From positions 1-18,865 of IMG/VR virus record IMGVR_UViG_3300045988_011708: DNA of 18,865 bases. One strand, written 5' to 3'. This DNA is from a virus. Under the pieces are notes generated by a model that was not told the DNA's origin, ran no database searches, and was given only the letters and a program-made list of their open reading frames with translations. The stretch's first letter is position 1; each line of letters opens with the position of its first letter. Shown here in pieces: positions 6,630 through 13,019 of the stretch. The position numbers were made by a program, and so were the translations under genes.

Positions 6630-7442
6630 CTAACGGCCGAGATTGTAGGCGAGGCTTGTAGAGTAGAGTTGCGGGATATTGGTCATGTTATCCCCGCTAC
6701 CCCACATGCCCATAAAAAGATCTTCCAGCGAGTTGATTACCATCATGTCGATATTGAGCATGGTATTACGCCAGTCAAGCAAAAGCTGCGATTGCGAACC
6801 ACTCGTGCCGAGCGTATGCGACACACTATTGCCCTTGTCCGACGAGTGCGCGTAATCCGTATTGCTGGTACTGGTCGCGGTGGCCGAACTGTCCTGCTGG
6901 GTGCTCGTATGCGTGTTGCCCAGCGAGTCAGTCTGCGAGGCGCTCGTGGCGAACTGTTTAAAATCATCAATACGAGTCTGGGGGAATTCCGAGTTGAACG
7001 TCATGCTGGAATTGTCCGCCTTAGTGTCGGACGTGCTGTTTGCCGTGGACTCGTTGGACTGCGTGCCCGAAGACTTGCCGGAAGACTCGTTCGTGCTGGT
7101 CGAGTCCATCTCCTGCCGGATATCGGATGTAATGAAAGGGTCGAATTTACGTTGCGCAGATAAATATAATTGGTTGAAATAGTCCATTTGTTCGCGCATG
7201 GTACGCCCCAAATAAAAAATGAACATTTGTGGCGTTTCGCTTCCGATTTCGCGTAATGCGTAGTGGGATACGATTTTTTCGTTCAATTTCGCCCTATAGT
7301 TTTCATCGAAAATCGGATAATATTGCGAACTCAAATGTAGTTTTTCGTCCGTATTGAAACCACGGTCGATCAGATTACCGAGCGTCAACGTGTAGTCTGC
7401 CATACTGTCCTTGATGGCGTACATGCTCAAGTCCTGTGTCAT
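6630..7442 (-). CDS. Lower collar protein (phi29 gp11-like) with a Ser/Thr-rich insert
   Basis: ATGA overlap with the portal stop indicates translational coupling. Size is 270 aa versus 293 aa for gp11. The N-terminal part (YPIFDENYRAKLNEKIVSHYALREIGSETPQMF...YFNQLY) resembles lower collar proteins as remembered. Confidence 0.7.
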   Translation of the reverse strand: MTQDLSMYAIKDSMADYTLTLGNLIDRGFNTDEKLHLSSQYYPIFDENYRAKLNEKIVSHYALREIGSETPQMFIFYLGRTMREQMDYFNQLYLSAQRKFDPFITSDIRQEMDSTSTNESSGKSSGTQSNESTANSTSDTKADNSSMTFNSEFPQTRIDDFKQFATSASQTDSLGNTHTSTQQDSSATATSTSNTDYAHSSDKGNSVSHTLGTSGSQSQLLLDWRNTMLNIDMMVINSLEDLFMGMWGSGDNMTNIPQLYSTSLAYNLGR

Positions 7443-8407
7443 CGTTCGTCTTCATCCTCCTTGTTTCCATCAACATCCAGTAGACCGCCTGACGTGGTAT
7501 CATTCCATTCGATTCCAATAGGTTTGCCGGAATCGGCCATTTGCGGCCACAGTCTGTTGATCGTATCGCACGCCTGTTGACGGGATTTCAGATAGCTCAG
7601 GCGGAACACGTTGGTGCGACTGTTTCCAGCCGTGACTTCCGATTCAAGCAACCGCTCCTTCTTTTCCGTCGTGCTATTGTCGATACCTAAATAGTTGACA
7701 AGCTCGTTCCAAATCTGCGTCTTAGTGGTGATGATCTTGTCAGCCAAAAAAGGGGTGACGTTGGGAAACGTTTGGAACATGCCGGTAATATCAGCCGAAT
7801 CGTATGTGTAAATATAGGGGTCACCGTCTTCCCTTGCCTTCATGAGATTTTGCGCGGTGAGCTTGTTGGTTTCGGACGTGGCGATAATCAGCGGCACGCT
7901 GATATTATCCAAATTTACATCCAGTGCGCGGTCTGCGATGGCGAGTCGTGTCGCATAATTCCACATGACGTCAATCATCGTACATCTTAACTGGTTGTCC
8001 CAAATGGGTACGCATTCCTTGCTGCCGATCTGTGGATGCGAATAGCTGGTAGCAACCGGCTGGAATGATGTTGGATTATTATAATTGTTCACCCCGCCGA
8101 TATTGCCGGAAGTGACCATAAAACGGTTGACCCCCTTGCGTTTGTCGGGGAAAAACAGTGCGAGACCGTTTTCAAACAAAGTCAGTTCCAAGTATCTTTC
8201 GTCAATGTACGGGGGAAGGTTAGTCCATTTGAAACGTGACACGGCCAACATTTCGATCAATTTCATATACTGGTTAATTCTGAGACTCTGTCTCATTTCG
8301 GGGAGGTTCAAATTGCCCCACATGGAGCCTAAAACGCTTTGATTATCCCAGTGTGCGGCCTTGCGTGCATTATTGCGTTTACCCTGTGCATTATTGCGTT
8401 TACCCAT
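7439..8407 (-). CDS. Portal/connector (upper collar) protein, phi29 gp10-like
   Basis: FKWTNLPPYIDERYLE, IWNELVNYLGIDNSTTEKKERLLESEV and LKSRQQACDTIN match gp10 segments [43 protein letters not shown] and LKSREEACEKIN. The start is moved to the ATG at 8407 (AGGACGG RBS, 5-nt spacer); the GTG at 8413 in the ORF track leaves no spacer. Confidence 0.92.
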   Translation of the reverse strand: MGKRNNAQGKRNNARKAAHWDNQSVLGSMWGNLNLPEMRQSLRINQYMKLIEMLAVSRFKWTNLPPYIDERYLELTLFENGLALFFPDKRKGVNRFMVTSGNIGGVNNYNNPTSFQPVATSYSHPQIGSKECVPIWDNQLRCTMIDVMWNYATRLAIADRALDVNLDNISVPLIIATSETNKLTAQNLMKAREDGDPYIYTYDSADITGMFQTFPNVTPFLADKIITTKTQIWNELVNYLGIDNSTTEKKERLLESEVTAGNSRTNVFRLSYLKSRQQACDTINRLWPQMADSGKPIGIEWNDTTSGGLLDVDGNKEDEDER

Positions 8408-8425
8408 GGTCACCGTCCTAAAAAT

Positions 8426-8456
8426 AATGGAGAGAGTCTAATATGCTCTCTCCATT
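8426..8456 (-). terminator. Intrinsic terminator between the tail knob and portal genes
   Basis: On the - strand: (AAU)GGAGAGAG cauauuaga CUCUCUCC(AUU), then AUUUUUAGGACGG and the portal ATG. The core stem is 8 bp and can extend to 11 bp. Confidence 0.7.
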
Positions 8457-8463
8457 ATACCCT

Positions 8464-10698
8464 TTAGTATGCGATACCGGCTAGCGGCACATTGTCCGCA
8501 TAGTCGGTGACACCGATCTTGTCGGGGTCAGTCCACACGGTCACGCCCGATTCAAAAATACCTTTTACGGTAAGGCGGTACTCTTCGGGGCACGTTGAGC
8601 TACGTACATACAGTTCATGCAATTTCCAATATGTGAAATTGCTCATTGCCATGAGATTTTCGGGCAGTTTCATGAAGCGTTGCACGTAGTATCCATAGCG
8701 TAGCCATACTTCGCCAATTGCTTGCATTGCGGCGGGCGGTATCTGCCGGAAACGCACCATGACGCCGATCAACCCGTTGGCGAGGTTGAAAGCGTCGCCA
8801 CCCAACGCGCCGGACGTGGTGGGTGGTACCGTTTGGGTCTGCTGTACCTGCGCGTTGATTCCCGCGATGGTGTTTTCGTAATCGCCTTGCGCGGTAGCCT
8901 GTGCCAATTGTTTGTTCATATCTGCGAACTGCATGTTCTGTTGATTGGACAGATTGGTTTGCGCGAGTGAAAAAGCGTTGGCTTGAGAGGTGCTTGCGTT
9001 GTTGGTGGTTTGTGTGTTCGCCAATTGCTGGTTGGCGGTTGAGACGTTATTATTGTAGGTTTGCTGGTTCGCCCATGCACCTATCGCGGTGCCCGCTACG
9101 GCACCGGCCACACCTCCTATATTACCGGTGACGGCGGAACCAACCGCGTTCGCCACACCCGCCCCGATAGTGTTGAGCTGTGCCATTTGATTGCTGAATC
9201 CAAGGTTTTTCAACGTCAGATCGGTGCCCATCTGCGCACTTTGGTTGCTGATCGCGTTCATGGCGTTCCGGTTTGACGTGCCGAGCCTGTTTTGGGCGCT
9301 TGCGTATTGTGTGCCGAGCTGGGCTTGAGCGTAGGCGTTATTAATGCCCATTTGGGTTTTCTGATACCCCCAATCGGCGGATTGCTGAGCATATTGGCGC
9401 GTATAGGCACTATTTGCAAGAGCCAAAGCGCTACCGTTGTTAACGGCCATAAAGGTCGGAAAATTCGTAATACCAAAGCTTGCGTTGAGCATGTCGCCCG
9501 TATCGATAGGCAAACCGAGCCCGTTTGGCAATGGTTGGCGCTCTCCAAGATTTCCTGCATGATAGCCTCGTGCGTAGAAGTTCAGGCGGGGGGAGGGGGG
9601 CGCGTAATTCCATGATTCACGGATAATCAGATCAGCCGAGGGAATCTGCTCAGGCTCATACGTAATCACCGTGCCGTTCAAGCAACTGCATTCGATATAG
9701 GCGTAGGGGGCGGTAAGGAACTTTTTCAGATACTTGTACCGTGCGGGGAGCTGGAATGCGTCACGGAAATTCTTAATATCGATAATATCTTCGTACCTGT
9801 CGGAAGAATTTGCAGCGTTACCTGTTAAAAGCCAGCATGACCCAGACCATTGCACATCCTGTCCGAACAGTTTCGGATTTTTGGCGGCATGGTTTTCAAG
9901 CATTTTCGTTGGAATGGTCGGCACCATGTAAATCCCGCATATGCCTTGCGTAGCCCACGGTTTCGTAGATCCTGCCCCGAAGAATCTAAAAATATCGGAC
10001 GTATTGTCCAAATAGTACAGTTCCGTACCGTTCATCTGGTTTTCAAACGTACTTCCGGTAGCGCTCTGGATAGTAGGGTTGTCTTTGGTTCCCGCGTCGG
10101 CTTCCAGCTTTACGGTGGTGGCAATGATAATGCCATACGAGTATGCCGAGTTTGATTCAACACCCATCAGTGGGTGCCATGATTCATTGGTCAGTACGGT
10201 GCATTTGCCGGTGTCGAGTCCTTCGGGTAGATCAAGGTAGGTTTTACCCCAGTCCTTCCACGCATTCTCGTTGGCTACGCCCACATGCCCCCGTTCCACA
10301 TAGGCGTTACCCAATTGAATATCATGTTGGAAAGACTGCCACACGTCCAGCTGGATATTCAATTGCGTCGTATTGGCGTTAACGTAGTCGCATGTCTGGA
10401 CAAAATAATACCAACTACGGGGGGTATCAAAATCGTAATCGTTCGTAGCGATCAAATAATTATATTGCGACGCTTGCGCGAACGGTACCGGCAACCTCAC
10501 CGGCAGTCCGTATTTTGCCATGGTGCAGTCGGTAAATTCGATGCCATCTAGCCGGTCGAAATACTCTTTTTGGGACTGTCTATCCCATTTGACTATATCC
10601 CTATACCCCATGTCCCACGGCACATTACACAGTTTAAATTTTGTGTTTGGCGTCCATTTCGCGTATGAAAAATTAATCGGTAGGTCATTTGCGCTCAT
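8464..10698 (-). CDS. Tail knob / distal tube protein, phi29 gp9-like
   Basis: DVWQSFQHDIQLGNAYVERGHV resembles gp9 DVLQTWMFDIKFQESFIVREHV. The C-terminus GIFESGVTVWTDPDKIG resembles gp9 IFDNGITLWHTDNIG. The Gly/Ala-rich stretch IGAGVANAVGSAVTGNIGGVAGAVAGTAIG resembles the gp9 membrane-active loop. Confidence 0.88.
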   Translation of the reverse strand: MSANDLPINFSYAKWTPNTKFKLCNVPWDMGYRDIVKWDRQSQKEYFDRLDGIEFTDCTMAKYGLPVRLPVPFAQASQYNYLIATNDYDFDTPRSWYYFVQTCDYVNANTTQLNIQLDVWQSFQHDIQLGNAYVERGHVGVANENAWKDWGKTYLDLPEGLDTGKCTVLTNESWHPLMGVESNSAYSYGIIIATTVKLEADAGTKDNPTIQSATGSTFENQMNGTELYYLDNTSDIFRFFGAGSTKPWATQGICGIYMVPTIPTKMLENHAAKNPKLFGQDVQWSGSCWLLTGNAANSSDRYEDIIDIKNFRDAFQLPARYKYLKKFLTAPYAYIECSCLNGTVITYEPEQIPSADLIIRESWNYAPPSPRLNFYARGYHAGNLGERQPLPNGLGLPIDTGDMLNASFGITNFPTFMAVNNGSALALANSAYTRQYAQQSADWGYQKTQMGINNAYAQAQLGTQYASAQNRLGTSNRNAMNAISNQSAQMGTDLTLKNLGFSNQMAQLNTIGAGVANAVGSAVTGNIGGVAGAVAGTAIGAWANQQTYNNNVSTANQQLANTQTTNNASTSQANAFSLAQTNLSNQQNMQFADMNKQLAQATAQGDYENTIAGINAQVQQTQTVPPTTSGALGGDAFNLANGLIGVMVRFRQIPPAAMQAIGEVWLRYGYYVQRFMKLPENLMAMSNFTYWKLHELYVRSSTCPEEYRLTVKGIFESGVTVWTDPDKIGVTDYADNVPLAGIAY

Positions 10699-10716
10699 AA
10701 AATCCTCCTAAAAACA

Positions 10717-10747
10717 ATAGGTGCGAGAATTATCCTCTCGCACCTAT
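10717..10747 (-). terminator. Intrinsic terminator between the capsid and tail knob genes
   Basis: ATAGGTGCGAGA / TCTCGCACCTAT form a 12-bp perfect stem with a 7-nt loop. On the - strand it is followed by UGUUUUUAGGAGG and the tail-knob ATG. Confidence 0.8.
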
Positions 10748-10768
10748 TTTACCTGCTATCGCCTAATG

Positions 10769-12484
10769 TCAGGCAGTGACGGTGATCTGCGCCGTCCCCT
10801 CCGCTCCTGCAAACTTTGCGGTGACGCTGGCCGCTCCTGCACCGGTTCCGGCCAATACGCCGTTAGGGGCGACAGTCGCGTGTTGGTCTACTGACCACAC
10901 GGCGAGATTGGTCACGTCAGCGGTGTTACCGTCCGTCTTGGTGGCAATGGCCTTGAGCGCGATATGTGCGCCCGTCTTCACCGTCTTTTCGCCCCGAATC
11001 TCAATAGATTCGATGGCACCCGTCTTCCAACCGCCGAGCCAAGCGCCGACAACCGGCACGGACAGTGCTGCGGAAACGGTTTGGTCGATTTCTGGGTGGG
11101 CGGGGTCGATATAGGTAGCCTGAGCGGTAACCTTGAGGATTTCGGCGGTTTCGTCCAGTCCACAGCGCAGAATACCCCCGTTGTCGATCGAGGTGAACTG
11201 GGAGGTCGCACCCTCAACCTTGTATTCGATGCCGACTGGCTGGAAGCTTGCCGTGTCCTTGTTGGCGCTTGTGATCTCAGACTCAACCTGTACCAAGTCG
11301 CCGCGAGACACGTTCTCGGGGGTAACCGATGGCTGACCATATTTCATTACACGGAGCGTGAACTTTGGCGTGGATGTGGTGAGCGTATCCGGCAACGTCA
11401 CGGATTCAGAGGAGCCTTCGCCAGTCCAAAACAGGACGGCATTCGCGAACGGATTCGGCGTGATGCTGCCGCGATGCTTGTAGAAAATATTGCGGGTTCC
11501 GTCAATCGGATTCACGGGGCTATTGGTGGTCTCCAACATTTCATCCCAGCAGAAGAAGAAGTCTTCAGTGGTGAGCACGGCCTGAACCTTGCCACCGGCA
11601 CCGCCGATGCCGAACATGTCTTCCGGGATCGGAATAATACGATAGGGGACGTTGACCTTATCGATGTTAAAGGCTGCGGCCAATGCTTCGACGTTGAGCG
11701 CTGCGATAACCTGTGGTGTGGCGAACAGAATTGCTTCCGAATCGCGCCATGGGGTAACCCAGCTCATGGCATTATATCGCGGCATGGCTGACATTGGGCT
11801 AGCCTTGAGTTCGTTCGCGGTCTGCTGGATAAGGCGCAAGAGGTTCTTTGCGTCCGCTTCCGAAGAGTTTGCCGCACCCACGTCAGCCGTATGCACTCGA
11901 TAAAAACCACCCTTACGAGCATACTCGGCAAAGCACTGAGTCTTCATGAGATACATATCATTACGGTCAGACAAGATCGGCGCGTTCATGATTTCCGCGA
12001 TGTAATCCGCCATGCCGCTTTCGCCGTCGAATGCCGTCAGCAGCGCGTCTTCCGGGATGGTGACGGGGTAGTAATGGTCGAAAGTAAGGGGGTGGAATAC
12101 GCTTGCGGTCGGCAGCGAATAACGTCCGTAAACGTCATCTCCGAGGTATTCTTTGTTGAAATTGCGGGTGCGTGCCTTGACTAGGCCAACCGCGGCCTGC
12201 TCGTAGGTGGAACCATAGCGCTTCAAGGTGCGGGGGGAACCGATGAGTTTCAACGGATCATCCCAGTCTGCGTGCTGGATGTATAGGCCGATAAGACGCT
12301 GAATCAATACCCCCGTGAACTCGTCACGGAGGTAGGGGAAGTTGCGCATGGTGTCCACCGCATTGCGGATATTGCCCTGGGTCGCGCTTGGGATGCGCAC
12401 CTGAAACTGGGGGGAGGTGGCGTTGCGGACGGCGTTGAAGATCTCAACGTCGCCCTTGCCGGCCAATGGTCGAATATTAGACAT
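10769..12484 (-). CDS. Major capsid protein with C-terminal Ig-like (BIG2-type) domain(s)
   Basis: Lies directly after the scaffold gene, as phi29 gene 8 does. The C-terminus IEIRGEKTVKTGAHIALKAIATKTDGNTADVTNLAVWSV...ASVTAKFAGAEGTAQITVTA is a typical bacterial Ig-like group 2 pattern. A second similar segment lies upstream (ILKVTAQATYID...). Confidence 0.85.
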   Translation of the reverse strand: MSNIRPLAGKGDVEIFNAVRNATSPQFQVRIPSATQGNIRNAVDTMRNFPYLRDEFTGVLIQRLIGLYIQHADWDDPLKLIGSPRTLKRYGSTYEQAAVGLVKARTRNFNKEYLGDDVYGRYSLPTASVFHPLTFDHYYPVTIPEDALLTAFDGESGMADYIAEIMNAPILSDRNDMYLMKTQCFAEYARKGGFYRVHTADVGAANSSEADAKNLLRLIQQTANELKASPMSAMPRYNAMSWVTPWRDSEAILFATPQVIAALNVEALAAAFNIDKVNVPYRIIPIPEDMFGIGGAGGKVQAVLTTEDFFFCWDEMLETTNSPVNPIDGTRNIFYKHRGSITPNPFANAVLFWTGEGSSESVTLPDTLTTSTPKFTLRVMKYGQPSVTPENVSRGDLVQVESEITSANKDTASFQPVGIEYKVEGATSQFTSIDNGGILRCGLDETAEILKVTAQATYIDPAHPEIDQTVSAALSVPVVGAWLGGWKTGAIESIEIRGEKTVKTGAHIALKAIATKTDGNTADVTNLAVWSVDQHATVAPNGVLAGTGAGAASVTAKFAGAEGTAQITVTA

Positions 12485-12504
12485 TATGTATATCTCCTAA
12501 CTAT

Positions 12505-12780
12505 TTAGTCGAACAGATCTTCGATTGACTCGCCGTCGTCGTCGCCGTCACCGTCATTGTCGAACGGGGCGGGGTCGGTGTATCCGAGCGTGTCCATCAT
12601 GGCTTTCAATGCGGCCAATTCCTTTTCGATCGAGTCAAGTCGCGCGCTCACGTCCGGTTCGGACGGTTCCGGTTCCGGTTCTTTGGGCTTGATTTCATCA
12701 TCGACGGTTTCGGTCTGCTTCTCTTCTTCGGTGGGCGGCGGAGTGGTGTTTTCGTCGTTCTCATTGTTTGGGTCTGCCAT
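12505..12780 (-). CDS. Scaffolding protein (phi29 gp7 analogue)
   Basis: 91 aa, highly acidic, with a helical central segment. First gene after the putative late promoter and immediately upstream of the capsid gene. RBS AGGAG. The call rests on position and composition. Confidence 0.65.
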   Translation of the reverse strand: MADPNNENDENTTPPPTEEEKQTETVDDEIKPKEPEPEPSEPDVSARLDSIEKELAALKAMMDTLGYTDPAPFDNDGDGDDDGESIEDLFD

Positions 12781-12815
12781 GCAAGCTCCTATCTATTAGC
12801 AATGTTTCCACCAAA

Positions 12816-12824
12816 ATTATATCA
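12816..12824 (-). promoter_or_regulatory. Extended -10 element TGATATAAT, putative late (structural operon) promoter
   Basis: Lies directly after the strong terminator at 12845..12866 and about 35 nt upstream of the scaffold ATG. Confidence 0.55.
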
Positions 12825-12835
12825 TGCTGCGGGAG

Positions 12836-13004
12836 AAATAAAATGACCCTCCAATCACGGAGGGTCTGAATCGTCCTATCAGAGCGCAAAAGTGATGATC
12901 GTAGGGCACTACCGCCACGATAGTGATTCCATGGCCGGCGGCATTCTCAGCCGTGGCAGTCCGGCCTATGTTGTTCCCAGTCGAAAATCGACGCTCACAA
13001 GACA
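12836..13004 (-). ncRNA. Candidate structured non-coding RNA of about 170 nt (pRNA-like candidate)
   Basis: Bounded by the extended -10 TGTTATAAT (13011..13019) and the terminator at 12845..12866. It contains several mutually supporting helices (detailed in the findings). The only ORF here has a GTG start, no RBS, and runs through the terminator and the next promoter. The 5' end is estimated about 7 nt downstream of the -10. Confidence 0.5.
12845..12866 (-). terminator. Strong intrinsic terminator ending the candidate ncRNA / early transcription
   Basis: On the - strand: GACCCUCC gugauu GGAGGGUC, an 8-bp GC-rich stem. It is followed by AUUUUAUUUCU (to about 12836). Confidence 0.85.
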
Positions 13005-13010
13005 CGACAT

Positions 13011-13019
13011 ATTATAACA
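13011..13019 (-). promoter_or_regulatory. Extended -10 element TGTTATAAT overlapping the DNA polymerase stop codon
   Basis: The - strand reads ATG-TTA-TAA-T. It matches the TGnTATAAT consensus and lies at the upstream edge of the 231-nt non-coding gap. Confidence 0.5.

Noticed and set aside
10964-11791. 275-aa + strand ORF antisense to the capsid gene, and similar antisense ORFs at 14776..15330, 6001..6633 and 3777..4241
   Set aside because: They are antisense to genes with clear homology or synteny support, have no RBS, and show the usual GC-driven open antisense frames.
12817-13005. 62-aa ORF on the - strand filling the polymerase-scaffold gap
   Set aside because: It has a GTG start with no RBS. 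It runs through a strong intrinsic terminator and the next -10 element. Its composition is unlike the neighbouring proteins. The region is better explained as structured non-coding RNA plus regulatory signals.
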